64,000 bases of DNA, taken from NCBI GenBank assembly GCA_002269645.1, contig NIVC01001748.1, forward strand, positions 124,001 to 188,000. The letters run 5' to 3'. This document shows, piece after piece, positions 22,013 to 34,779 of this stretch (the stretch's first letter is position 1; each line of letters starts with the position of its first letter). The translations under genes were made by a program, and so were the position numbers. A model generated the notes under the pieces. The model was not told where the DNA came from. It did no database searches and saw only the letters and a list, made by a program, of their open reading frames with translations. The DNA comes from Macrostomum lignano. Taxonomy: Eukaryota.

Positions 22013-22651
22013 ATCGGCAACAGCGCTGCCGTGATTGGCTCTCGAAGTGCCCCCATTGCCGCTGCCTCCGACGCCGAAGATGGCACTGACAGCGTCAACA
22101 ATGTCCAGACGGCCTGGCGATGGCGGCAGCCGCTCGCCCAGCAGACCATTGAGAATGGTCGGGAAGTTCGACGAGTTCTGGCCGAGCACCCGGCATCCGA
22201 GCGCGGCTCCGTGTTCGCCGGCAACCGCCTCCTCGGCCGCATGGAGGCGCTCAGAGCCTTCGGCCTGGTGCAGTTGAAGTGGCCGAAGGAGCGCCTGAAC
22301 TCTTGGACTTCTTGGCCAGCCGGCCAGTCGCCACCGAGCTGCGAGACGCCGCCCTACCTGACCGCCAGACCGGAAGTGATCGAGGTGGGCATCGACCCGG
22401 CCGCCGACCGCTTTATCATCCTGGGAAGCCCCGGCCTGTGGGACCGGCTGTCTCCCCAGCAGGCGGTGGCCTGCGTTGGCGGCCAGCTGTTGGCGGCGCA
22501 GTCCCAGGGTTCGAATCCTAGCGGAGAAAATCTTGCGGCCACTTTGGTGCAGCTGGCCGAGAGCTGCGGGCACAGGGACTCGGCGGCCGGCTTTAACGAG
22601 GCCGACTGGGAGAACGAGGAGGTGTCCGCCTGTATCGTGCTGCTGCACTGA
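22013..22651 (+). CDS. PDP-like protein, C-terminal exon
   Basis: ttcag| acceptor in phase 0; REVRRVLAEHP..ERGSVFAGNRLLG..ALRAFG..LKW..TPPYLTARPEV..DRFIILGSPGLW follow PDP1 motif order. Confidence 0.8.
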   Translation: MGNSAAVIGSRSAPIAAASDAEDGTDSVNNVQTAWRWRQPLAQQTIENGREVRRVLAEHPASERGSVFAGNRLLGRMEALRAFGLVQLKWPKERLNSWTSWPAGQSPPSCETPPYLTARPEVIEVGIDPAADRFIILGSPGLWDRLSPQQAVACVGGQLLAAQSQGSNPSGENLAATLVQLAESCGHRDSAAGFNEADWENEEVSACIVLLH

Positions 22652-22697
22652 CTGACTGTGCAACCCTGACCTCAGCTGGCTCGGTGTTTCTCTGTGT

Positions 22698-22716
22698 GTC
22701 TGTCTGTCTGTCTGTG

Positions 22717-22795
<79 letters not shown>

Positions 22796-22800
22796 ATGTG

Positions 22801-22869
<69 letters not shown>

Positions 22870-22870
22870 G
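22698..22870. repeat. (CTGT)n microsatellite
   Basis: Direct. Confidence 0.95.
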
Positions 22871-23839
22871 CCTTGCTGTATAAAGCATTCTGTTTCACCG
22901 TCTGTTTGCCTGTAAATCAAGCCAATGCAGGCAGCCTGTTTCATTCTGTGTCCTCAGTCAAGTGCTTGTCGTATCTTACGTTGGAATTTCTGAGCGTCTT
23001 GAACTGCATGCAAGCCCAGAGCTACCTCAGAAATCAATGATGAAGCTCCCATTACCAGTCTCACACTCGTATCCAGTCAGTTCATTCATGGAGGCTCTAA
23101 TTTTATTGCTCATGTTGTATTATTAATAGTCATGTTGCCATTTTTTCAGTTCATTCACTGCTTGGCACCGTAACTTTTCCAGTCTTGTACACAATTTCGA
23201 CTTCGACTTGTTGCTCATTCATCAAGTCTGCCTGGTTGTTTCAAGAAATTAATTGATCTATTTTTTCCATTCTACGCCCGCTGTACCAACCAAGATTTTT
23301 CGCAATCATTGTAAATATTAATTTGATTTTCTGATTTTCTGTATATTTTTCCGTATGGAAGCATTCAATGCTAAATCAGATTTGAAATTCTGTCTTACAG
23401 AAAGTGCAATGTGCTCAAAATATTAATGATAAGCGCGCACAAACACGCATGGGTATACACAATCACAATTATTGAAAAATATATATTATTGAACGATGGG
23501 AATTCTTTTGTAAAAATAAAATATCGATTTTATAAATCGAATGCTGTTTATTTTATTTATTTCGTTGTATAATTGAAAGCTTTCTGTGACTGTATTGTAT
23601 AACTTGTGAGAAAGGGACAGCAGATGGAGTTGAGAGGCTGGACACACTGACAAAAAGCTAAGGCAGTTGAAGCGTTTACGAGCGGTACAGATGAGGCATG
23701 TTCGCAGCCAAGTGTTTCCAGAGAGTCTGGGAGAGTACACGTACGCAAGGAGTTGTGCAAATAAACTTACTTTTGAACAATACATATATTATTGAAAATA
23801 ATAACTATGTATGCTTCGTACTCAACAGTCACAAGGCAG

Positions 23840-24600
23840 CGGAGAAGAGAGTAGAGAAAGAGCAGAGAGGGGAGCGGAGAAGGGAGAAGAGAAGTGTTTG
23901 GAAAAGGAAGCGGAGTAGAGCGCGGATGAGGAAGAGAAGGCAGCAGAGGAGAGAGCGGAGAAGGGAGAAGAGAAGGGGCGGAGGAGAGAGCGGAGGAGAG
24001 AGCGGAGGAGAGAGCGGAGGAGAGAGCGGAGAAGGCAGCGGAGGAGAGAGCGGAGAAGGGAGAAGAGAAAGGGCGGAGGAGAGAGCGGAGGATCGCGGAG
24101 AAGGGAGAAGAGAAGGGGGCGGAGAAGAAGGGAGAAGAGAAGGGGCGGAGAAGAGAGCGGAGGAGAGAGCGAAGAAGGGAGAAGAGAAGGGGCGGAGGAG
24201 AGAGCGGAGAAGGGAGAAGAGAAGGGGCGGAGGAGAGAGCGGAGGAGAGAGCGGAGGAGAGAGCGGAGGAGAGAGCGGAGGAGAGAGCGAGAGAAGGCAG
24301 CGGGAGGAGAGAGCGGAGAAGGGAGAAGAGAAGCGGAGGAGAGAGCGGAGGAGAGAGCAGGGGAGAGAGCGGAGAAGGGAGAAGAGAAGGGGGCGGAGAG
24401 AGAGCGGAGAGAGAGCGGAGAAGGGAGAAGAGAAGGGGCGGAGAAGAGAGCGGAGGAGAGAACGAAGAAGAGAAAAGAGAAGGCAGCGGACGAGAGAGCG
24501 GAGAAGGGAGAAGAGAAGGGGTGGAGGAGAGAGCGGAGAAGGGAAAAGAGAAGGGGCGGAGGAGAGAGCGGAGGAGAGAGCGGAGAAGGGAAAAGAGAAA
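23840..24600. repeat. GA-rich degenerate minisatellite
   Basis: GGAGAGAGCGGA / GAAGGGAGAAGAG modules. Confidence 0.85.
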
Positions 24601-25169
24601 GGGTCATTAGTGAATGAGTGCAGAGCTAGGTGCACTGACACAGGACAAGAGCAAATACCTGTAAAACTAATCACACGGCTAAGCACAGACAGAACGCAAG
24701 AAGCAGGTACAATCAGCTCATTAGTAAAGTGACGCAGTTCGCAAGTGTCACGTGGTCGATTCTGTTAAGTAATTGGCGCACAATGCACTAAGAAAATTTT
24801 CTAATCTCACTCTTAGTACATATCCCTATATATAGATAAAAGATAAAATAATTATTAGTAAGACAATTACCAAGTTATCAGACGCCTCGCTCTATACTGT
24901 AAAACGCATTTTAATCAGTATTTCTGAATAGAAAAAAATCTGTAGCTTGTATAACTAATTCTTTAAATTATGTACACTGGTTTGTGTGTGTGCCGGGGCG
25001 TGTCTTTTGCGACTATGGTAATTCTACGGTAACTATGGTAACTACGGTAACTATGGTAACATGGTAACGTTTTTAAAAGCAAAAGCTAAAAGTTGTATAA
25101 CGAGTGAATAAAGTTGCTCATCCTTAACTGGCTGGCGCTATTTCATGGATTGCGCTACTTCATGGATGA

Positions 25170-27387
25170 TGCTATTTGGTGTGGCGCTATTTAGTGTGGT
25201 GCTATTTAGTGTGGTGCTATTTAGTGTGGTGCTATTTAGTGTGGTGCTATTTAGTGTGGTGCTATTTAGTGTGGCGCTATTTAGTGTGGTGCTATTTAGT
25301 GTGGTGCTATTTAGTGTGGCGCTATTTAGTGTGGTGCTATTTAGTGTGGCGCTATTTAGTGTGGCGCTATTTAGTGTGGTGCTATTTAGTGTGGTGCTAT
25401 TTAGTGTGGCGCTATTTAGTGTGCGTGCTATTTAGTGTGGTGCTATTTAGTGTGGCGCTATTTAGTGTGGTGCTATTTAGTGTGGTGCTATTTAGTGTGG
25501 CGCTATTTAGTGTGGCGCTATTTAGTGTGGTGCTATTTAGTGTGGTGCTATTTAGTGTGGCGCTATTTAGTGTGGTGCTATTTAGTGTGGTGCTATTTAG
25601 TGTGGCGCTATTTAGTGTGGTCTAATTTAGTGTGGCGCTATTTAGTGTGGCGCTATTTAGTGTGGTGCTATTTAGTGTGGTGCTATTTAGTGTGGGCCTA
25701 TTTAGTGTGGCGCTATTTAGTGTGGCGCTATTTAGTGTGGCGCTATTTAGTGTGGCGCTATTTAGTGTGGCGCTATTTAGTGTCGCTCTATTTAGTGTGG
25801 TGCTATTTAGTGTGGCGCTATTTAGTGTGGCGCTATTTAGTGTGGTGCTATTTAGTGTGGCGCTATTTAGTGTGGCGCTATTTAGTGTGGCACTATTTAG
25901 TGTGGCACTATTTAGTGTGGTGCTATTTCATAGGTGGCGCTATTTAGTGTGGCGCTATTTAGTGTGGCGCTATTTAGTGTGGCGCTATTTAGTGTGGCGC
26001 TATTTAGTGTGGCGCCTATTTCATAGGTGGCGCTATTTAGTGTGGTGCAATTTAGTGTGGTGCTATTTAGTGTGGCGCTATTTAGTGTGGCACTATTTAG
26101 TGTGGCGCTATTTCATAGGTGGCGCTATTTAGTGTGGCGCTATTTAGTGTGGCGCTATTTAGTGTGGCGCTATTTAGGTTGGCGCTATTCGGTGTGGTGT
26201 TATTTAGTGTGGCGTAATTTAGTGTGGCGCTATTTCATAGGTGGCGCTATTTAGTGTGGTGCTATTTAGTGTGGCGCTATTTAGTGTGGCGCTATTCGGT
26301 GTGGCGCTATTTAGTGTCGCTCTATTTAGTGTGGTGCTATTTAGTGTGGCGCTATTTAGTGTGGCGCTATTTAGTGTGGCGCTATTTAGTGTGGTGCTAT
26401 TTAGTGTGGTGCTATTTAGTGTGGTGCTATTTAGTGTGGCGCTATTCGGTGTGGCGCTATTTAGTGTCGCTCTATTTAGTGTGGCGCTATTTAGTGTGGC
26501 GCTATTTAGTGTGGCGCTATTTAGTGTGGCGCTATTTAGTGTGGTGCTATTTAGTGTGGTGCTATTTAGTGTGGCGCTATTCGGTGTGGCGCTATTTAGT
26601 GTCGCGCTATTCGGATGGCGCTATTTAGTGTTGCTCTATTTAGTGTGGCGCTATTTAGTGTGGCGCTATTCGGTGTTGCGCTATTTAGTGTTGCTCTATT
26701 TAGTGTGGCGCTATTTAGTGTGGCGCTATTCGGTGTGGCGCTATTTAGTGTTGCTCTATTTAGTGTGGCGCTATTTAGTGTGGCGCTATTTAGTGTGGCG
26801 CTATTTAGTGTTGCTCTATTTAGTGTGGCGCTATTTAGTGTGGTGCTATTTAGTGTGGCGCTATTCGGTGTGGCGCTATTTAGTGTCGCGCTATTTAGTG
26901 TGGAGCTATTTCATAGATGGTGTTATTTAGTGTGGTGCTATTTAGTGTGGTGCTATTTAGTGTGGTGCTATTTAGTGTGGTGCTATTCGGTGTGGCGCTA
27001 TTTAGTGTCGCGCTATTTAGTGTGGCGCTATTTAGTGTGCGCTATTTAGTGTGGCGCTATTTAGTGTGGCGCTATTTAGTGTGGCGCTATTTCGGTGTGG
27101 CGCTATTTAGTGTTGCTCTATTTAGTGTGGCGCTATTTAGTGTGGCGCTATTCGGTGTGGCGCTATTTAGTGTTGCTCTATTTAGTGTGGCGCTATTTAG
27201 TGTGGCGCTATTCGGTGTGGCGCTATTTAGTGTTGCTCTATTTAGTGTGGCGCTATTTAGTGTGGCGCTATTTAGTGTGGCGCTATTTAGTGTGGTGCTA
27301 TTTAGTGTGGCGCTATTTAGTGTCGCTCTATTTAGTGTGGCGCTATTTAGTGTGGCGCTATTTAGTGTGGCGCTATTTAGTGTGGCG
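25170..27387. repeat. 15-bp minisatellite (GTGGCGCTATTTAGT)
   Basis: Direct; about 145 units. Confidence 0.96.
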
Positions 27388-27423
27388 AATACGTACAAGT
27401 ACTCAACGGCTAATCACGGGGGA

Positions 27424-27429
27424 TTTATT
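27424..27429 (-). promoter_or_regulatory. Candidate poly(A) signal of the TRPC gene
   Basis: AATAAA about 10 nt after the TGA stop. Confidence 0.35.
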
Positions 27430-27439
27430 ACGCTACTTT

Positions 27440-27768
27440 TCACACCAGGTCGCTTCGCTGAACTCCACCTGTGGTCCCGCCGCTGTCCACAGCTGGTTCC
27501 GCGTCCGAGGACCAGCTAAATGAAACTTTTTTATTGGCAATGGGCTCGAGCGAAGTGTACGCTAGCCGGCTGGGATTCAGGGTCACCTCCTCTTTCTGGA
27601 GATGCGGTTGCTGCACTGGAGGCTGCGGAGGCTGCAGCGGTGGCTGTTGGGACTCCAAGCTGGTGCCAATTGAAGCATTGGAAACTGTTGAAGAGGGGCC
27701 TGAGCCTCCGAAGCGACCGAATCTGCGGCTCTGCATTGATCGCTTGCTCCCGCGGCGTCTGAGTTTGG
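27440..27768 (-). CDS. TRPC: TRPC channel, terminal exon
   Basis: ccattctag| acceptor in phase 1 matches the upstream exon; TKLRRRGSKRSMQSRRF...QRSDLV* with PDZ-like end. Confidence 0.7.
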
Positions 27769-27770
27769 CT

Positions 27771-28785
27771 AGAATGGGATTTGATGGGTGACAGAATGGG
27801 ATCTGAAGTGGGATCTGAGGTGACAGAATGGGATCTGAGGTGACAGAATGGGATCTGAGGTGACAGAATGGGATCTGAGGTGACAGAATGGGATCTGAGG
27901 TGACAGAATGGGATCTGAAGTGACAGAATGGGATCTGAAGTGACAGAATGAAATCTGAGGTGACAGAATGGGTTTTGAGGTCACAGAATGGAATTTGAGG
28001 TGACAGAATGGATCTGAAGTGACAGAATGGGATTTAGGGTGACAGAATGGAATTTGAGGTGACAGAATGGAATTTGAGGTGACAGAATGGGATTTGAGGT
28101 GACAGAATGGGTTTTGAGGTGACAGAATGGGTTTTGAGGTGACAGAATGGAATTTGAGGTGACAGAATGGGATTTGAGGTGACAGAATGGGATTTGAGGT
28201 GACAGAATGGGTTTGAGGTGACAGAATGGGATCTGAAGTGACAGAATTGGATCTGAAGTGACAGAATGGATTTAGGGTGACAGAATGGAATTTGAGGTGA
28301 CAGAATGGAATTTGAGGTGACAGAATGGGATTTGAGGTGACAGAATGGGATTTGAGGTGACAGAATGGGTTTGAGGTGACAGAATGGGATCTGAGGTGAC
28401 AGAATGGGTTTTGAGGTGACAGAATGGGATCTGAGGTGACAGAATCGGATCTGAGGTGACAGAATGGGATTTAGGGTGACAGAATGGAATTTGAGGTGAC
28501 AGAATGGAATTTGAGGTGACAGAATGGGATTTGAGGTGACAGAATGGGATTTGAGGTGACAGAATGGGTTTTGAGGTGACAGAATGGGATCTGAGGTGAC
28601 AGAATCGGATCTGAGGTGACAGAATGGGATCTGAAGTGACAGAATGGGATCTGAGGTGACAGAATGGGATTTGAGGTGACAGAATGGGTTCTGAGGTGAC
28701 AGAATGGGATCTGAGGTGACAGAATGGGATCTGAGGTGACAGAATGGATCTGAGGTGACAGAATGGGTTTTGATGTGACTTATCT
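27771..28785. repeat. 20-bp minisatellite (GTGACAGAATGGGATCTGAG)
   Basis: Direct. Confidence 0.94.
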
Positions 28786-29144
28786 GTCCCAATTTTCTGT
28801 CACACACCGCACCCCAGTCTCTCCAACCTCTACCGCACTCTCAATGCTATGCAGACTGGAAGCATTGTAGACCCCATCATGCATCAAGCGCGTGCACGCT
28901 TCACATCAGTCGGAGCTAAAAATAGAAACAGCGCGTGCCTAGATGTGCGTGGATCAATAATGAAAATTGTATTCTCATGCCAAGGTAACACGCATACGCC
29001 CGTATTTGCTCCAGAGTACAGGCGGCTGAGGGCTACAGTTGCTCGCTCGAGCACGTGGTGGGTGATGCCAGTTTGCCAGCACTAAGTTTTTTGCATTGTA
29101 AATTTGCCAAGCATAGGTTTAGCCCATGGTTTTGCATCTACTGC

Positions 29145-30330
29145 CTTCTCGCTGCCTTCTTCGCTCTCTTCTCCGCTCTCTTCTCCGCACTCTTCTCCGC
29201 TCTCTTCTCCGCTCTCTTCTCCGCTCTCTTCTCCGCTCTCTTCTCCGCACTCTTCTCCGCACTCTTCTCTTCTCTCTTCTCCGCTCTCTTCTCCGCTCTC
29301 TTCTCCGCTCTCTTCTCCGCTCTCTTCTCCGCTCTCTTCTCCTCACTCTTCTCCCTTCTCCGCACTCTTCTCCGCTCTCTTCTCCGCTCTCTTCTCCGCT
29401 CTCTTCTCCGCTCTCTTCTCCGCTCTCTTCTCCTCACTCTTCTCCCTTCTTTGCTCTCTTCTCCGCACTCTTCTCTGCACTCTTCTCTGCTCTCTTCTCC
29501 GCTCTCTTCTCCGCACTCTTCTCCGCTCTCTTCTCCGCTCTCTTCTCCACTCTCTTCTCCTCACTCTTCTCCCTTCTCCGCTCTCTTCTCCGCTCTCTTC
29601 TCCGCTCTCTTCTCCGCTCTCTTCTCCTCACTCTTCTCCCTTCTCCGCTCTCTTCTCCGCTCTCTTCTCCGCTCTCTTCTCCGCACTCTTCTCCCTTCTC
29701 CGCTCTCTTCTCCGCACTCTTCTCCCTTCTCCGCTCTCTTCTCCGCACTCTTCTCCCTTCTCCGCTCTCTTCTCGCTCTCTTCTCCGCTCTCTTCTCCAC
29801 ACTCTTCTCCCTTCTCCGCTCTCTTCTCCGCACTCTTCTCCTCACTCTTCTCCCTTCTCCGCTTTCTTCTCCGCACTCTTCTCCTTCTCCGCTCTCTTCT
29901 CCGCACTCTTCTCCTCACTCTTCTCCCTTCTCCGCTCTCTTCTCCGCTCTCTTCTCCGCACTCTTCTCTGCTCTCTTCTCCCTTCTCCGCTCTCTTCTCC
30001 GCACTCTTCTCCGCACTCTTCTCCGCTCTCTTCTCCGCACTCTTCTCCCTTCTCTGCTCTCTTCTCCGCTCTCTTCTCCGCTCTCTTCTCCTCACTCTTC
30101 TCCCTTCTCCGCTCTCTTCTCCGCTCTCTTCTCCGCTCTCTTCTCCGCACTCTTCTCCGCTCTCTTCTCCGCTCCCTTCTCCGCTCTCTTCTCCGCTCTC
30201 TTCTCCGCTCTCTTCTCCGCTCTCTTCTCCGCTCTCTTCTCCGCTCCTTCTCCGCTCTCTTCTCCGCTCTCTCTCCGCTCTCTTCTCCGCTGCCTTTTCC
30301 GCTTCTTTCCAAACCCCAGTCCGCTCTCTT
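29145..30330. repeat. 12-bp CT-rich minisatellite (CCGCTCTCTTCT)
   Basis: Direct; 4-aa period in ORFs. Confidence 0.93.
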
Positions 30331-30904
30331 CTCCATCAGTTCTCAATAAGCACCCATTTCTTATCGCACTTTCTCACAGTGCAGAAACTTTTCAAGTGCA
30401 ATTTCGAAATCAGTGAGTGTTTTTATCGCTGCCGCTGCAAGAATCACGTGCTAAAATAGCTTCTGTATGAGTTCACTATTGACAAAGTCTTTTGCCTTAC
30501 CTACTTTTATGCTGGCAAGAAGCCAAAAATATAATACTCATATCTTACGTCGTCTCAATTCAACGAGCTGTCGGAATTGAATGGAAATTTCCACAGTGTG
30601 GCTTGACAATGCATGCTGGTCGGGTTGATTTCATTCTTATCTCTCTGCTGGACTGGCTTCTCTGTAAGGTCTGAGGTCGCTGCTGGACTCTACAAAATAT
30701 AGCTTATAGATAGATAAAAAGAAATTAGATTTAAGCAGATTTAGTTAGCTTCTACTACATGTAGCTATAGAGTTTTCGATGACTGCCAGTTGCACTACTT
30801 AGTTAGTAGGATAGGTTGAATTAGATATAAGGATATATTAAAATAGATAGTGGGACTTTGTTTCTGATATTCAGCGAAAAACTAAATCCAGAATCAAGCT
30901 GCGG

Positions 30905-32350
30905 TATTAGAGAGTCTCTAGCTGGGTATTAGAGAGTCCTAGCTGGGGTATTAGAGAGTCTCTAGCTGGGTATTAGAGAGTCTCTAGCTGGGGTATTAGA
31001 GAGTCTCTAGCTGGGGTATTAGAGAGTCTCTAGCTGGGTATTAGAGATTCTCTAGCTGGGGTATTAGAGAGTCTCTAGCTGGGGTATTAGAGAGTCTGGC
31101 TGGTATTAAAGAGTCTCTAGCTGGGTATTAGAGATTCTCTAGCTGGGGTATTAGAGAGTCTCTAGCTGGGGTATTAGAGAGTCTCTAGCTGGGGTATTAG
31201 AGATTCTCTAGCTGGGGTATTAGAGAGTCTCTAGCTGGGGTATAAGAGATCTCTAGCTGGGGTATTAGAGAGTCTCTAGCTGGGGTGTTAGAGAGTCTGT
31301 AGCTGGGGTATTAGAGAGTCTGTAGCTGGGGTATTAGAGAGTCTATAGCTGGGGTATTAGAGAGTCTGTAGCTGGGTATTAGAGAGTCTGTAGCTGGGGT
31401 ATTAGAGAGTCTGTAGCTGGGGTATTAGAGAGTCTATAGCTGGGGTATTAGAGAGTTCTGTAGCTGGGGTATTAGAGAGTCTTAGCTGGGGTATTAGAGA
31501 GTCTGTAGCTGGGGTGTTAGAGAGTCTCTAGCTGGGGTATTAGAGAGTCTGTAGCTGGGGTATTAGAGAGTCTGTAGCTGGGGTATTAGAGAGTCTGTAG
31601 CTGGGGTATTAGAGAGTCTATAGCTGGGTATTAGAGAGTCTGTAGCTGGGGTATTAGAGAGTCTATAGCTGGGGTATTAGAGAGTCTGTAGCTGGGTATT
31701 AAGAGTCTATAGCTGGGGTATTAGAGAGTCTGTAGCTGGGGTATTAGAGAGTCTATAGCTGGGTATTAGAGAGTCTCTAGCTGGGGTATTAGAGAGTCTC
31801 TAGCTGGGGTGTTAGAGAGTCTGTAGCTGGGTATTAGAGAGTCTGTAGCTGGGGTATTAGAGAGTCTATAGCTGGGGTATTGAGAGTCTATAGCTGGGGT
31901 ATTAGAGAGTCTCTAGCTGGGGTGTTAGAGTCTGTAGCTGGGGTATTAGAGAGTCTGTAGCTGGGGTATTTAGAGAGTCTATAGCTGGGGTATTAGAGAG
32001 TCTCTAGCTGGGGTGTTAGAGAGTCTGTAGCTGGGGTATTAGAGAGTCTGTAGCTGGGGTATTAGAGAGTCTATAGCTGGGGTATTAGAGAGTCTCTAGC
32101 TGGGGTGTTAGAGAGTCTGTAGCTGGGGTATTAGAGAGTCTGTAGCTGGGGTATTAGAGAGTCTATAGCTGGGGTATTAGAGAGTCTGTAGCTGGGGTAT
32201 TAGAGAGTCTGTAGCTGGGGTATTAGAGAGTCTATAGCTGGGGTATTAGAGAGTCTGTAGCTGGGGTATTAGAGAGTCTATAGCTGGGGTATTAGAGAGT
32301 CTCTAGCTGGGGTATTAGAGAGTCTGCAGCTGGGGAATTAGGGAGTCTGT
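30905..32350. repeat. 23-bp minisatellite (TAGAGAGTCTNTAGCTGGGGTAT)
   Basis: Direct. Confidence 0.94.
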
Positions 32351-32405
32351 AGCTGGGGAATCAGAGAATCCCTAGCTGAGGAATCAGAAAATAACCGCCA
32401 CTCAC

Positions 32406-32589
32406 TCGAACGCTGTTCGGTATAAGCTGGCGTTTTCATTCCATTCGTTCGCAGAATCTCAAGCAGCTCGAATCTGAATGCGCTGATGTCGCCTTTGATT
32501 TCGTTCAGGTCGTCTTCCGTGACGCCCTGCTTCTCATCGGATCTCTGCCGGGCTGCCAGGTAGCGCTTGACGAGGGAGCGCATGACCGA
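32406..32589 (-). CDS. TRPC: TRPC exon (C-terminal rib helix and coiled coil)
   Basis: SVMRSLVKRY...GVTEDDLNEIKGDISAFRFELLEIL; AG/GT sites, phase 0-1. Confidence 0.92.
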
Positions 32590-32634
32590 CTGAGGAAGAA
32601 TGCGAGTTGCGTAAGCGCTTATTGGGATATAGCA

Positions 32635-34675
32635 TGAGTCTAACATGGATCTAACATGGATTGAGCATGAATCTAACATGAAACTAACATGAATCTAGCA
32701 GGTATCTAACAGGAATATTACAGGGTCTATCAGGGATCTAACAGGTATCTAACAGGTATCTAACAGGGACCTAACAGGAATGTAACAGGAATCTAACAGG
32801 AATCTAACAGGGATCTGGAAGGGATCTAACAGGAATCTTACAGGAATCTAACAGGAATCTAACAGGAATCTAACAGGGACCTAACAGGAATCTAACATGA
32901 ATCTAACAGGAATTTAACAGGAATCTAACAGGAATCTAACAGGAATCTAACAGGAATTTAACAGGAATCTAACAGGAATCTAACAGGGATCTGGAAGGGA
33001 TCTAACAGGAATCTTACAGGAATCTAACAGGAATCTAACAGGAATCTAACAGGGACCTAACAGGTATCTAACATGAATCTAACAGGAATTTAACAGGAAT
33101 CTAACATGGACTTAACAGGAATGTAACAGGAATCTAACAGGAATCTAACAGGAATCTAACAGGAATCTAACAGGAATCTAACAGGAATCTAACAGGAATC
33201 TAACAGGAATCTAACAGGGACCTAACAGGTATCTAACATGAATCTAACAGGAATTTAACAGGAATCTAACATGGACTTAACAGGAATGTAACAGGAATCT
33301 AACAGGAATCTAACAGGAATCTAACAGGTATCTAACATGAATCTAACAGGAATTTAACAGGAATCTAACATGGACTTAACAGGAATGTAACAGGAATCTA
33401 ACAGGAATGTAACAGGAATCTAACAGGAATCTAACAGGAATCTAACAGGAATCTAACAGGAATCTAACAGGAATCTAACAGGAATCTAACAGGAATCTAA
33501 CAGGAATCTAACAGGAATCTAACAGGGACCTAACAGGTATCTAACATGAATCTAACAGGGACCTAACAGGAATCTAACATGAATCTAACAGGAATTTAAC
33601 AGGAATCTAACATGGACTTAACAGGAATGTAACAGGAATCTAACAGGAATCTAACAGGAATCTAACAGGAATGTAACAGGAATCTAACAGGAATCTAACA
33701 GGAATCTAACAGGAATCTAACAGGAATCTAACAGGAATCTAACAGGAATCTAACAGGAATCTAACAGGAATCTAACATGGATCTAACATGAAACTGACAT
33801 GAATCAGGCTGGTATCTAACAAGAATCTTACAGGGTCTATCAGGAATCTATTGTAACAGGAATCTAACAGGGACCTAACAGGTATCTAACAGGAATCTAA
33901 CAGGAATCTAACAGGAATCTAACACGAATCTAACAGGAATCTAACATGGATCTAACATGAAACTAACATGAATCAGGCTGGTATCTAACAAGAATCTTAC
34001 AGGGTCTATCAGGAATCTATTGTAACAGGAATCTAACAGGGACCTAACAGGTATCTAACATGAATCTAACAGGAATGTAACAGGAATCTAACACGAATCT
34101 AACAGGAATCTAACATGGATCTAACATGAAACTAACATGAATCAGGCTGGTATCTAACAAGAATCTTACAGGTCTATCAGGAATCTATTGTAACAGGAAT
34201 CTAACAGGGACCTAACAGGTATCTAACAGGAATCTAACAGGAATCTAACAGGAATCTAACAGGAATCTAACAGGAATCTAACAGGAATCTAACACGAATC
34301 TAACACGAATCTAACAGGAATCTAACAGGAATCTAACATGGATCTAACATGAAACTAACATGAATCAGGCTGGTATCTAACAAGAATCTTACAGGGTCTA
34401 TCAGGAATCTATTGTAACAGGAATCTAACAGGGACCTAACAGGTATCTAACAGGAATCTAACAGGAATTTAACAGGAATCTAACATGGACTTAACAGGAA
34501 TCTAACAGGATCTAACAGGAATCTAACAGGGATCTAACAGGAATCTAACAGGAATCTAACAGGAATCTAACAGGAATCTAACAGGAATCTAACAGGAATC
34601 TAACAGGGACCTAACAGGAATCTAACAGGAATCTAACAGGAATCTAACAGGGATCTAACAGGAATCTAACAGGAA
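32635..34675. repeat. 11-bp minisatellite (AGGAATCTAAC) with longer super-repeats
   Basis: Direct. Confidence 0.95.
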
Positions 34676-34737
34676 ACTGATTAAACTCTAACCGGGATAC
34701 TGTAACACGCATACAAAAGGCAGCTTTTAGACATTAC

Positions 34738-34779
34738 CTGATAGCGAATTTCTTTTTCATTGACTTTCCTAACAATATT
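34738..34779 (-). CDS. TRPC: TRPC 42-nt exon (NIVRKVNEKEIRYQ)
   Basis: ttttcag| and |gtaatg; matches the TRP-gamma KVINERDFKYQ segment missing between the neighbouring exons. Confidence 0.85.

Noticed and set aside
25170-27387. CTCF-like AGGTGGCGCTA matches
   Set aside because: Only a few variant units match the core, the 5' CCAC part is missing, and CTCF presence in this lineage is unknown
30549-30689. Candidate extra TRPC exon with good AG and GT sites
   Set aside because: Stops in all three frames, and exon 32406 joins 27768 in phase without it; a poison or non-coding exon is not excluded
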